Source: a virus
Lineage: Duplodnaviria > Caudoviricetes
Virus record (IMG/VR): IMGVR_UViG_3300036830_000277
Location: 1 to 60,531 of that record
Direction: 5' to 3' (one strand)
DNA length: 60,531 nucleotides
The notes beneath the pieces are model-generated. The model was not told where the DNA came from. It ran no database searches and was given only the letters and a program-made list of their open reading frames with translations. Every line of letters begins with the position of its first letter. The first letter of the stretch is position 1. Both the position numbers and the translations under genes were made by a program. Positions 38,347-48,031 of the stretch are shown piece by piece.

Positions 38347-38537
38347 GGCCGGAATACTTGGCGGCGCTGGATCACCCCACGGTCGGAGCGATCGTGTCGC
38401 GAATCGTGGTGGGGCTGCTGCCATTCGCTGTCGCAGTACTCGGCTGGGCGGTCTATCGCCTGGGTCGCGTCGACTGGGCGCGCGCGCAGCAGGCGCATCT
38501 CGACAAGGTGGGACGGAGCGGGACGCTGGACTGGTAG
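38343..38537 (+). CDS. Single-TM microprotein (64 aa)
   Basis: GGAG RBS, GTGA coupling; IVVGLLPFAVAVLGWAVY. Confidence 0.6.
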   Translation: MRPEYLAALDHPTVGAIVSRIVVGLLPFAVAVLGWAVYRLGRVDWARAQQAHLDKVGRSGTLDW

Positions 38538-38545
38538 CAGCACAA

Positions 38546-38565
38546 AGCCCGGCGCGAACCGGGCT
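38546..38565 (+). terminator. Hairpin, possible early terminator
   Basis: AGCCCGG-CGCGAA-CCGGGCT after the microprotein cluster. Confidence 0.4.
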
Positions 38566-38698
38566 CTGGTAGGACGGGTGTCCAGTGAGGACCCCTCAAC
38601 GATCACCACGACCAATTCGAGGGTCAAGTGCAGCAATCATCGCATCGCATCCGCGTTGCGCCGGCGATCCCGGCTGCGGCGCCGGTCCGGAGGATCAC

Positions 38699-39631
38699 GT
38701 GAGCGCCGCCGCGACGAAAGCGCGCGGCTCCGCGGCGCGTGACCTCCAGCTGGCGCGGGCCGACGCGCATCAAGACTTCATGAGTCAGTCCGGGAAGACC
38801 TTGGCGGACCTATCTGATGAGCAATTCGAGGAAGGGCTCCGGCGCGTGAAGGTCATGCACGACCGGGTCGAGAAGGCGTTCGCCTCGATTCTCCGCGAGG
38901 GTGTCCACTACGGCAACCCGGAAGAGAACGGCCAGAAGAAGTTCAAGAAGCCGATGCTCTACGAGGTCGGAGCCCAGGCGCTTCGAACCGTGGTGCGGCT
39001 CTCCGTGCGCCACATGGATCGCTCGCCGACGATCGAGCACTCGGGCGATTACGTCACGGTCGTCGTCCAGATGGGAATCTTCGATGCCGTCGGAAGGCTG
39101 ATCGCGACGCGGGCAGCTGCCTGCAATACCACGGAGGAAGTCTTCCGGTCCTCCGACGGCGCCGGATGGCTGTACGACGATGCGCGCTCCGAGATCCATC
39201 ACTGCCTGACCACCGCCGAGAAGCGGTGTGCGACCTTGCTCACGAAGGAAGCGACGGGCGCCACCGAGTTCTTCACCAACGAAGAGCAGATCCCCTGCGC
39301 CGACGAGGATCGCGACACCTCCCGGATGACCGACGAGGAAAAGCGGACCATCGTCGCGGCCGCGCTGGCGCGCCGGATGAACCGGGGCCAGTTGGAGAAG
39401 CTGGTCATCGATGTGCTCGGACGGCTGCAGGTCGGGACCGGCGCCGAGGTCAAGAAGGTGCTCGGCCAGATCGCGAAGTGGGAACCGCCGGCGAAGAAGA
39501 CGGGCGAAGCGCCGACACCGGCCGCGCCGGCCACGCGCGACACCAGCTTCGACGAAATGCCGGAGGCATTGGCCGATGAATCCGATGCGCTGGGCGATGG
39601 CGTTCCCGCGGCGGAAGGCGGTGCATCGTGA
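38699..39631 (+). CDS. Putative single-strand annealing/recombination protein
   Basis: LREGVHYG...KPMLYEVGAQAL, AACNTTE, AEKR; GGAGG RBS; acidic tail. Confidence 0.45.
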   Translation: MSAAATKARGSAARDLQLARADAHQDFMSQSGKTLADLSDEQFEEGLRRVKVMHDRVEKAFASILREGVHYGNPEENGQKKFKKPMLYEVGAQALRTVVRLSVRHMDRSPTIEHSGDYVTVVVQMGIFDAVGRLIATRAAACNTTEEVFRSSDGAGWLYDDARSEIHHCLTTAEKRCATLLTKEATGATEFFTNEEQIPCADEDRDTSRMTDEEKRTIVAAALARRMNRGQLEKLVIDVLGRLQVGTGAEVKKVLGQIAKWEPPAKKTGEAPTPAAPATRDTSFDEMPEALADESDALGDGVPAAEGGAS

Positions 39632-40110
39632 CGCGCCGCGGACCCGCACGGGACGACGATGAGGATGGCGTCACGTCAGTGACGATATCAGGCCCAGGCG
39701 AGGTTGGCGTTACCCTGATCCCGATCGGTGTCGCTGATCGGCCGCTCTGCTCGATCGCGTCCGATCTCCTCACGAAGGCATGCACCCGAGCCGACAAGGC
39801 CTGCCTGATGATTGAGCTGGTGCCGGACGTCGTCGCCCGTCGTGCGGAGGAATCCAACGAGCTGCAGCGGCGCTTCAGCGCGACGGGGTCGACGGTCGAG
39901 AAGGCGATGCTCGATCTCGGGCTGCCTGCTCGCCTGCTCCCGGCGCTCAAGGCCGGGCTGAAGATCGAGATTCACAATACCGAGCGACTCATCAAGAAGC
40001 AGACCGAGCTCCGGCTCGAAACGGAGGAGACGGAGGCGCGCCAGTCGCAGCTCTCCCGCTTGCTGGAACGGCTCGACGTGGCTGGCCTCGGCGCGGAGGC
40101 TGCGGAATGA
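39628..40110 (+). CDS. Hypothetical protein
   Basis: Coupled ORF, coiled-coil C-terminus. Confidence 0.6.
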   Translation: MTRRGPARDDDEDGVTSVTISGPGEVGVTLIPIGVADRPLCSIASDLLTKACTRADKACLMIELVPDVVARRAEESNELQRRFSATGSTVEKAMLDLGLPARLLPALKAGLKIEIHNTERLIKKQTELRLETEETEARQSQLSRLLERLDVAGLGAEAAE

Positions 40111-40445
40111 CAGCCGTCGCGGTTCACGTCATCGATCCGGCGCTGCCATTGCTCGGCCAGGATGCGATCGGCGCGGCGGTAGCTCGCCCATCGCACGCGA
40201 TCCTGATCGACGAAAACATCCGGCTGCGCACCGAGAACGCCGTCCATCTTGCGCGCCAGGCCGCGGACTCGGAGCTCATCCGCCAGGCGACTACGAAGTT
40301 GATCCGGCATCGCATCGATGCGCATGCCGTGGACGTCCGGCTGCAGGCGCGCGAACTGGAGATCGAGCGGCGCGACGAGCGGATCGCGTTCCTCGAGGCC
40401 GAGCTCGCGCGAGCGGGCGCGCAGGTCTCGGAGTTCGTTCGATGA
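40107..40445 (+). CDS. Hypothetical coiled-coil protein
   Basis: ATGA coupling. Confidence 0.6.
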   Translation: MTAVAVHVIDPALPLLGQDAIGAAVARPSHAILIDENIRLRTENAVHLARQAADSELIRQATTKLIRHRIDAHAVDVRLQARELEIERRDERIAFLEAELARAGAQVSEFVR

Positions 40446-40837
40446 CACGCCTCCTCCGATGGCGCGTGCGCACCACCGTGCCGATCACGTCCCGACCGAA
40501 TACCTGCGCCGGGTTCACCGTCGAGCGGATCCGCGCGCCGCGGCGCGGGATCGACCGCGGGCTCTATCTCGTCCGTGCGCCCGATGGTCGGTCGCGCACG
40601 GCGGTGCTCCGTGGCGCGTCGATGGGCGAGCGCCTCCTGGCACACCTCGTCTACCTCGTCGCCGATGGCTTCGAGCTCGGCGCCGAAGTCGGCCGGTTCT
40701 GGCCGAAGCGCAAGATGTTCCCGGCAACTCCCTCTCTCCGCGATGCCCACGGCGACTTCTACGATGCCGTCCGCTTCGCCTGTCTCGCGGGCCACGGTCA
40801 CGCGGCCGCCTCTTCGATGGAGCATACCGATGAGTAA
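40442..40837 (+). CDS. Hypothetical protein
   Basis: ATGA coupling. Confidence 0.55.
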   Translation: MTRLLRWRVRTTVPITSRPNTCAGFTVERIRAPRRGIDRGLYLVRAPDGRSRTAVLRGASMGERLLAHLVYLVADGFELGAEVGRFWPKRKMFPATPSLRDAHGDFYDAVRFACLAGHGHAAASSMEHTDE

Positions 40838-41786
40838 GACCGTCAAGGCGCCGCGCATTGTGCGCGAGCTCCCCGCAGGGCTCCGGCTCACCACGGGCGC
40901 CCACCCCGACCATAAAGGGTTCTGCTTCAACGAGGCGATCGCCTTCGTCGCCGGTGAGAAATGGAGCGACGCGCCCGCGTGCGTGAGCCCGGTGATTCGG
41001 CGCTTCGGGATGGGATTGAACGACCGATGGCCCGAGGATGACAAGCAGCTCCTCATTCCCTTCATCATTCCAGCGATCGGGACGCGGACGACCGACGCCG
41101 ACGAGCTCACGCGGAAGTTCATGGCGCTCGACTGGGCCTACCGCACGGCAGCTCCGGCCGCATTCCGTCTCCTCAAGCTCGACGAGCAGGCGGAACGGCT
41201 CGCCACGATCGCACCGATCGTCGATCAGGCGACGTGGGATCTGGCGTGGCCGGTGATGCGCCAGCTGCGCGACAAGGCGTGGGAGCGCCGCGCAGCGGCG
41301 CTCAAAAAAATCCGCGCAATCGTGAAACCGGCGGCGGTGGCGGCGGAGGCGGTGGCGGCGGTGGCGGCGGAGGCGGCGGCGGCGGCGGCGGTGGCGGCGG
41401 AGGCGGTGGCGGCGGTGGCGGCGGAGGCGGTGGCGGTGGCGGCGGTGGCGGCGGAGGCGGTGGCGGCGGAGGTGGCGGCGATTTCGCGAATTCTCGGCGA
41501 TGAATCCGCCGAGAATTCGCTCCTGCGTCGCGAGCTCGTCGAGATCATCCGCAAGGGCACGGCATCACTCCCGAAGAATCCGAGCTGGGGCCAAGCGTGG
41601 GACGCGGTCTACCGGCCGGTCCGCCGCAAGATTCGCGAGCTGATCGGCACGCCCGGTGTCCTCGGGCCCGCGTACGACGCGCACCGCGTCTGGGTGCGCG
41701 ACTCCGCGCTCGAGCTCCTCGATCGGATGATCGCCGTCGGTCGCGTCGAGCCGACGATCGCCATCAAGAAGGGCGCCCAGGCGTGA
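40830..41786 (+). CDS. Phage protein with Ala-rich low-complexity insert
   Basis: G.H....GFCFNEAIAFVAGEKWSDAPACVSPVI..F...LND; C-terminal SALELLDRMI. Confidence 0.7.
   Translation: MSKTVKAPRIVRELPAGLRLTTGAHPDHKGFCFNEAIAFVAGEKWSDAPACVSPVIRRFGMGLNDRWPEDDKQLLIPFIIPAIGTRTTDADELTRKFMALDWAYRTAAPAAFRLLKLDEQAERLATIAPIVDQATWDLAWPVMRQLRDKAWERRAAALKKIRAIVKPAAVAAEAVAAVAAEAAAAAAVAAEAVAAVAAEAVAVAAVAAEAVAAEVAAISRILGDESAENSLLRRELVEIIRKGTASLPKNPSWGQAWDAVYRPVRRKIRELIGTPGVLGPAYDAHRVWVRDSALELLDRMIAVGRVEPTIAIKKGAQA
41331..41480 (+). repeat. 150-bp GNG-triplet (GCG/GTG/GAG) microsatellite-like array
   Basis: 50 consecutive G-N-G codons encoding Ala/Val/Glu. Confidence 0.95.
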
Positions 41787-43540
41787 GTCGTTCGCCTGTC
41801 GTCCGCCTGGGACTGGATCCCGACGAGCTGATCATCGACAGCTTCGCCGGCGGCGGTGGCGCGTCGGAGGGAATCCGTCTCGCGCTCGGCCGGGATCCCG
41901 ACGTCGCGATCAACCACGACGCCGAAGCGATCGCGCTCCACAAGGCGAACCACCCCGGCACGAAGCACTACTGCGAGAACGTCTGGAAGGTCGACCCAGA
42001 GGAAGCCGCTGACGGCCGGCCGATCGGGCTGATGTGGCTGTCACCGGACTGCAAGCACTTCAGCAAGGCGAAGGGCGGCAAGCCCGTTGAGAAGAAGATT
42101 CGCGGCCTGGCGTGGCTCGCGGTCCGCTGGGCGTCGTTGCCGGAGGGCAAGCGACCGCGCTGCATCTTCCTCGAAAACGTCGAGGAGTTTCAGGGGTGGG
42201 GGCCGGTGCTCGCCGATGGGAAGCCGTGCCCGGTCCGGAAGGGGAAGACGTTCCGCGCGTTCGTGCGGAAGCTCGTGCGGCTCGGCTATCGAGTGGAATG
42301 GCGCGAGATGCGCGCCTGTGATTTCGGCGCGCCGACGATCCGCAAGCGCCTTTTCCTGATCGCTCGATGCGACGGTCAGCCGATCGTCTGGCCGCAGGCA
42401 ACCCACGGGAAGCACCACGCGCTGCCATGGCGCACCGCGGCGGAGTGCATCGACTGGTCGATTCCCTGCCCGTCGATCTTCGACCGCAAGAAGCCGCTGG
42501 CCCCGAACACGCTCCGGCGCATTGCCCGCGGACTCGATCGGTTCGTGATTAACTCGCCGAAGCCCTTCATCGTCAACATGGCGCACGGCGGGAAGATCGA
42601 GGACATCGATCGCCCCATCAGCACGATCGCGACCGAGAAGGGCGGTTGCAGGGCGTTGACCGCCCCTGTCCTCGCACCAGTGCGCCATGCCGACGACAAG
42701 CGTCGGCAACGTGTCGACGACCCGATGCCGACGATCACTGCGTCGCAGCGCGGGGAGATCGCGCTCGCCGGTGCCACGCTCGTCCAGACCGGTTACGGCG
42801 AGCGTGAGGGGCAGGCGCCGCGCGCGCTTGATCCGGAGAAGCCGCTGGGGACGATCGTCGGATCCGAAAAGCACGGGATCGCCGCCGCGTCACTGGTGCA
42901 GTACCACTCGGCCCGGCGACCGGGCGACGATCGCGTCGCGGATCTCGCCGATCCGCTGCGGACGCAATCGACCGAGAACCGGTTCGGTCTCGTGGCGGCG
43001 TTCCTTGCCAAGCATTACAGCGAAACCCACGACACTGTCCAGGCGGCTTCGCTGTTCGCGCCCACTCCCACGGTCACCGCGGTCGACCACAACGCGCTCG
43101 TCGCTGCGTCCCTGACGCAGTTCAACGGCACCAGCGACGGTCAACCGGCCGACAAGCCGCTCCCGTCGATCACGGCGCAGGGCTGGAAGTTCGCCGAGGT
43201 GCGGGCGTTCCTTGTGGCGTACTACGGGAACGAGAAGGACGGTGGGACGCTCTTCGATCCGATGCGCACCGTCACGTCGAAGGACCGGCTTGGGCTCGTG
43301 GCGGTCGAGGGGATCGACTACGCGATCGCGGACATCGGGATGCGGATGCTGGCGCCGCGCGAGCTCTACAATGCCCAGGGCTTCCGGCCAGACTACCGGA
43401 TCGACATCGAGTTCAACGGCAAGCCGCTGACGAAGACCGCGCAGGTGCGCATGGTTGGCAACAGCGTCTGCCCCCCGATGGCCGCGGCGCTCATTCGCGC
43501 GAACTTCGCCACCGAGCAGCGCGCCGAGGTCGCCGCGTGA
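41783..43540 (+). CDS. DNA cytosine-C5 methyltransferase
   Basis: FAGGGG, SPDC, ENV, RKRLF, GNSVCP motifs. Confidence 0.95.
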   Translation: MSRSPVVRLGLDPDELIIDSFAGGGGASEGIRLALGRDPDVAINHDAEAIALHKANHPGTKHYCENVWKVDPEEAADGRPIGLMWLSPDCKHFSKAKGGKPVEKKIRGLAWLAVRWASLPEGKRPRCIFLENVEEFQGWGPVLADGKPCPVRKGKTFRAFVRKLVRLGYRVEWREMRACDFGAPTIRKRLFLIARCDGQPIVWPQATHGKHHALPWRTAAECIDWSIPCPSIFDRKKPLAPNTLRRIARGLDRFVINSPKPFIVNMAHGGKIEDIDRPISTIATEKGGCRALTAPVLAPVRHADDKRRQRVDDPMPTITASQRGEIALAGATLVQTGYGEREGQAPRALDPEKPLGTIVGSEKHGIAAASLVQYHSARRPGDDRVADLADPLRTQSTENRFGLVAAFLAKHYSETHDTVQAASLFAPTPTVTAVDHNALVAASLTQFNGTSDGQPADKPLPSITAQGWKFAEVRAFLVAYYGNEKDGGTLFDPMRTVTSKDRLGLVAVEGIDYAIADIGMRMLAPRELYNAQGFRPDYRIDIEFNGKPLTKTAQVRMVGNSVCPPMAAALIRANFATEQRAEVAA

Positions 43541-44406
43541 AGGGTCTCGACTACGTGGCGATCTCTCCAACGATCCGAAAGGATCCGAAGATCGGCGCCA
43601 TCGCGCTCGCGCTGGGTCGCGAGTCGCGGTGGATCGCTGGCTGCTTTCCCGAGTTCTTCGGCATGGTTGCCGAACACGCGCCGGACGGATCGCTCGGTGC
43701 GATCGCGGACGCGACACTCGACGAATGGGCCGGCGAGGTGCAGGGGTTCGGTGCACAGGTGCGAAAGCACCTCTGTGGCGAGGACGGCGTGCTCACCGCC
43801 TGGTGGCGGTACAACGGCAGCGCGCTCGCCAAGTTGGAGGCCGACCGAGCCCGGAAACGGAATAGTCGCGGACATTCCGGGGACGGTGATGGGAAAGGGC
43901 GCGGAAAGTCCGAGGATAGACCCACTGACAATAATGGGAATGTCCGCGCCGCTTCCGACGGCTATACCGACACCGACACCGGTACCTCTTCTCCTTCGGA
44001 GAAGATCACCACATCACCGCGCGCGGCCTTGGCACGGCTCAGGGAGCTACTCCCGGAGACTTGTTACGAGGCGCTGCAGCGTGTGCTAATCGCCTCATAT
44101 CGGGGCGCTGACGGGGCGGTGGGATCGATGCTCCAGATGCTCGATCCGAACGACGGCACGACCGGCCCTGGCGGTAGCCCGGTGACGCCCATTGAACTCG
44201 CCACTGCGCTGCAACAGCTGGACGGCATGAAGGACCCGGGATGGAATGGGGGCAACTACGTCCGCAAGGTGATCCAGACCATGCGCGCCGCCGGTGGGGC
44301 GACAGGTTCGACAGGCACCGCGCCTGCCACCGAAGACGGCGACGCAGTGCTCAAGCGCGCCAGGGAACTAAAGGAACGTGAAAAGGCGGCCGGCTATGCC
44401 GCGTGA
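43537..44406 (+). CDS. Putative replication initiator (O-like)
   Basis: KDPKI N-terminus, DRARKR, low-complexity linker, small helical C-terminal domain. Confidence 0.55.
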   Translation: MKGLDYVAISPTIRKDPKIGAIALALGRESRWIAGCFPEFFGMVAEHAPDGSLGAIADATLDEWAGEVQGFGAQVRKHLCGEDGVLTAWWRYNGSALAKLEADRARKRNSRGHSGDGDGKGRGKSEDRPTDNNGNVRAASDGYTDTDTGTSSPSEKITTSPRAALARLRELLPETCYEALQRVLIASYRGADGAVGSMLQMLDPNDGTTGPGGSPVTPIELATALQQLDGMKDPGWNGGNYVRKVIQTMRAAGGATGSTGTAPATEDGDAVLKRARELKEREKAAGYAA

Positions 44407-44866
44407 TGAACTGCCCGACGCGCTGATTCTGGATCAGCTAAACCGGCTGGTCGCGTGTAACTGCCTCGGTCGCAAATCCGACGCGGAAAAGGGCACGCTC
44501 GTTGTCGAGATTCAGCGCGCGACGAGGGGATGGAGCCCGACGGAGCTGGTCACTGCCACGACGTCGCTCATCCAATCCGGTGAAAAGTTCGCCGGCATCG
44601 GATCGATCAAGCTCCATCGCGCTGCGCGGGAAACGCCGCAGAAGGCGCAGGGGTCGTTCGACGTCTGCAATGCCTGCGGGCGCCATCGGTACTACGCCGG
44701 ATTCGAATTCCCCGACGGTACGGTAAAACCGCGGCTTCGCTGCGACTGCCCACACGCCGGCGCGGGATGGGAGACCGAGAAGGCAAAGGCGTACGTCGAG
44801 CAGGACAAGGTGCTTCTCGCCGCTGGATTCGGCACGCCGCCGGATCGCGAGGAGTTCAGCGCGTGA
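44396..44866 (+). CDS. Putative helicase-loader-like protein with Zn ribbon
   Basis: Follows initiator; CNAC...RCDC. Confidence 0.45.
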   Translation: MPRDELPDALILDQLNRLVACNCLGRKSDAEKGTLVVEIQRATRGWSPTELVTATTSLIQSGEKFAGIGSIKLHRAARETPQKAQGSFDVCNACGRHRYYAGFEFPDGTVKPRLRCDCPHAGAGWETEKAKAYVEQDKVLLAAGFGTPPDREEFSA

Positions 44867-47361
44867 ATCAGGCGTACCTCGACTTCCTCCGCGCCAAGGC
44901 TGTGGCCGCGCCGCAGTTCGGTCGCGGCGTTGAGCCCGGTCAGGTGAACGCCCTGCTCAAGGGCCACCAGGGCGCGATCGTCGAGTGGGCTGTTGGCGGC
45001 GGGCGTCGGGCGATCTTCGCGTCGTTCGGGCTCGGGAAGACGATCATGCAACTGGAGACGGTTCGACTCACACTGAATCCCGACGAGCGCGGCCTCATCA
45101 TCTGCCCGCTCGGCGTGCGCGCCGAATTCGCGAAGGACGCCGCGATGCTCGGCGTGGCCACGACGTTCGTTCGCTCCTCTGACCACGTTGCCGGTCCGGG
45201 CATCTACATCACGAACTACGAGAGCGTGCGCGAGGGAAAGATCGACCCCGCCCTCTTCACGGCGATCAGCTTGGATGAAGCCGCGATCCTTCGCGGCATG
45301 GGCGGGACGAAGACGTTCCGCGAGTTCATGCGGCTCTTCGAGCAGACACCATTCCGGTTCGTGGCCACGGCCACGCCGAGCCCCAACGACTACATCGAGT
45401 TCCTCTCCTACGCCGCGTTCCTCGGCATCATGGACATCGGCGAGGCCAAGACTCGGTTCTTCCAGCGGAACAGCGAGAAGGCCGACGAGCTCACCATCCT
45501 CCCCCACAAGGAGGACGAGTTCTGGGCGTGGGTTGCCTCATGGGCGGTGGTGATCCTCCGGCCGTCGGATCTCGGCTTCTCGGACGACGGGTACGAGCTG
45601 CCCGCGCTCGACGTGCACTGGCACTGCGTCACGCCGGCGGTCGATGATCACGGGACCGAGTACGACGGCCAGGGAAAGCTGCTGCGCGATGCGTCGCTCG
45701 GGGTACAGCAGGCCGCGGCCGAGAAGCGGCTGTCCCTTCCCGCTCGCGTCGCTGAGGTCGGGCGGCTCATCGATGCGCGGCCGGGCGACCACGTCATCGT
45801 CTGGCACGACCTCGAGTCGGAGCGTCACGCCATCACGTCATCGATCAATGGGATCGAAGCCGTCTACGGCTCACAAGATCTCGACGAGCGGGAGGACCTC
45901 GTCGCGGCATTCGCCGAGGGCCGTCTCGCTCGCCTCGCCGCCAAGCCCGTCATGCTCGGCGCCGGGTGCAACCTCCAGCGGCATTGCCACTGGGCGATCT
46001 TCGCCGGGATCGGCTTCAAATTCCGCGACTTCATCCAGGCGATCCATCGGATCCACCGGTTCCTCCAGCCACATCAGGTCACGATTGACATCATCCACTC
46101 CGACGCCGAGGCGGAGATCGTACGAGACCTGCAGGCGAAATGGCGCCGGCACGATGCGATGATGGAGCGGATGTCGGCACTGATGCGGGAATGCGGACTC
46201 GGCGGAGAACTGGCCCGGGCGCGACTGCAGCGCTCGATCGGGTGCGAACGAAAGGAAGAACGCGGCGAGCAGTTCGTGGCCGTGCTGAATGATTGCGTCG
46301 ACGAGACAACCGCGATGCCAGAGGCCTCGGTCGACCTGATCATCACATCGATCCCATTCGGCACCCAGTACGAATACACGCCGTCCTACAACGACTTCGG
46401 CCACACCGACGACGACGAGCATTTCTTCCTGCAGATGGATTTCCTCTCGCCGCAGCTACTCCGAGTACTCCAGCCGGGGCGAGTGATGGCGGTACACGTC
46501 AAGGACCGGATCCGGCCCGGAAGCCTCGACGGGCTCGGGTTCCAGACTGCCAGCCCGTTCCACGCCGAGTGCATTCTCCACTACCGGCGCCACGGGTTCG
46601 CGTACCTCGGCATGATCACGGTCGTCACCGACGTGGTGCGGGAGAACAACCAGACCTACCGGCTCGGCTACTCCGAACAGTGCAAGGACGGATCCCGGAT
46701 GGGCGTCGGGATGCCGGAATACGTCCTGCTCTTCCGGAAGCCACCGACCGATGCCAGCAATGGTTACGCGGATCACCGGGTCATGAAATCGAAGTCGGAG
46801 TACTCGCGCGCCCGCTGGCAGGTCGACGCGCACGCGCTCTGGCGCTCGAGTGGCGAACGACTGATCGGCGAAGAAGAGCTCGTCGGCCTCCCGGCCGAGC
46901 AGGTCTTCAAGCGGTACCGGGCCATGTCCTTCGCCACCGTCTACGACCACGAGCGGCACATCGCGATCGGCGAGGCGCTCGAGCGGGCGAAGCAGCTGCC
47001 GCCCGGCTTCATGCTCCTGCAGCCGCAAAGCCACGACGAGGACGTCTGGTCGGACGTGACTCGGATGCGCACGCTGAACGGCACGCAGGAGGCAGCGGGG
47101 CGCGAGAAGCATCTCTGCCCGCTCCAGTTCGACATCGTAGACCGGTTGATCGCCCGGTATTCCAATCCGGGCGAGCTGGTGATGGATCCATTCGGCGGCC
47201 TGATGACAGTCCCGCTCCGCGCGATCGAGACGGGACGGCGAGGCCTCGGGATCGAACTGGCGCCGCCGTACTTCGCCGATGGCGTGCAGTATCTACGCGC
47301 TGCGGAGGAGAAGATCGCGATGCCAACCCTCTTCGACTTCCTTGACGAGGCTGCGGCATGA
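44863..47361 (+). CDS. SNF2-like helicase fused to an N4/N6 DNA methyltransferase
   Basis: FGLGKT, LDEA, TATPSPN, QAIHRIHRF; then ITSIPF, KHLCPLQ, DPFGG. Confidence 0.9.
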   Translation: MNQAYLDFLRAKAVAAPQFGRGVEPGQVNALLKGHQGAIVEWAVGGGRRAIFASFGLGKTIMQLETVRLTLNPDERGLIICPLGVRAEFAKDAAMLGVATTFVRSSDHVAGPGIYITNYESVREGKIDPALFTAISLDEAAILRGMGGTKTFREFMRLFEQTPFRFVATATPSPNDYIEFLSYAAFLGIMDIGEAKTRFFQRNSEKADELTILPHKEDEFWAWVASWAVVILRPSDLGFSDDGYELPALDVHWHCVTPAVDDHGTEYDGQGKLLRDASLGVQQAAAEKRLSLPARVAEVGRLIDARPGDHVIVWHDLESERHAITSSINGIEAVYGSQDLDEREDLVAAFAEGRLARLAAKPVMLGAGCNLQRHCHWAIFAGIGFKFRDFIQAIHRIHRFLQPHQVTIDIIHSDAEAEIVRDLQAKWRRHDAMMERMSALMRECGLGGELARARLQRSIGCERKEERGEQFVAVLNDCVDETTAMPEASVDLIITSIPFGTQYEYTPSYNDFGHTDDDEHFFLQMDFLSPQLLRVLQPGRVMAVHVKDRIRPGSLDGLGFQTASPFHAECILHYRRHGFAYLGMITVVTDVVRENNQTYRLGYSEQCKDGSRMGVGMPEYVLLFRKPPTDASNGYADHRVMKSKSEYSRARWQVDAHALWRSSGERLIGEEELVGLPAEQVFKRYRAMSFATVYDHERHIAIGEALERAKQLPPGFMLLQPQSHDEDVWSDVTRMRTLNGTQEAAGREKHLCPLQFDIVDRLIARYSNPGELVMDPFGGLMTVPLRAIETGRRGLGIELAPPYFADGVQYLRAAEEKIAMPTLFDFLDEAAA

Positions 47362-47705
47362 GTCTCACAAAGAAGCAGGCTGCGCTCCTCGATTTCTTGA
47401 AGGTGGAGATTCATCGGAACGGATATGCGCCGACGATCGCGGAGATCGCCAGCTATTTCAATCTCAGTTCGTTTGCCACTGTGCACGAGCATCTCACGAA
47501 CCTGGAACGGATGGGATATATCCGGCGCCGACCGACCGCGGCTCGGTCGATCGAGATTATCGATCGGGATGCCCCACGTTCAGCCGTCGACGAAACGCTC
47601 GACCGGATCCGGGGGAAATGCGATGCCGATGGGACCGTACCGTGGGGCGACGGTCGCGCCGACTTCCTCGCATTGGCCGACCAGATTCGGGAGCTCGCAT
47701 GTTGA
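47358..47705 (+). CDS. LexA DNA-binding-domain protein lacking the peptidase domain
   Basis: LTKKQ..LLDFL......GYAPTIAEIA..F.LSS.ATVHEHL.NLER.GYIRR. Confidence 0.85.
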   Translation: MSLTKKQAALLDFLKVEIHRNGYAPTIAEIASYFNLSSFATVHEHLTNLERMGYIRRRPTAARSIEIIDRDAPRSAVDETLDRIRGKCDADGTVPWGDGRADFLALADQIRELAC

Positions 47706-48031
47706 CGCTCGAAGAGATTCTGGCTTCGGAGCGGGAAGACGCCGCCGTCCTGCGCGCGCGCGGCCTCGCCGATCGCGCTGCTGACATCGAACGCGTCTGC
47801 GACCGCGTGCAGGAATCGCTCGGCAACTATCTTCGCTGGCTCTCGGAGACTGAAGCGATTCTCTGGTCTGGTCGCAGCGCGAAGTACCTCCGCGATCGGT
47901 TCGCCGGATGGGTCGCCCAGGGTGATGCGAGGAAGGTCGGCCGGAACCGGCAGTATCGCGCCAGCGCGATCCCGCGCAACGTCGACGTCGCCGGGCTGCG
48001 GCAACGGGCGCGACAGGAGGCAGCGGCGTGA
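47699..48031 (+). CDS. Putative excisionase-like DNA-binding protein
   Basis: WLSETEA..WSGRS..YLR winged-helix pattern directly upstream of int. Confidence 0.5.
   Translation: MLTLEEILASEREDAAVLRARGLADRAADIERVCDRVQESLGNYLRWLSETEAILWSGRSAKYLRDRFAGWVAQGDARKVGRNRQYRASAIPRNVDVAGLRQRARQEAAA

Noticed and set aside
41234-41503. Poly-glycine ORF
   Set aside because: Alternative-frame reading of the GNG array inside a well-supported gene
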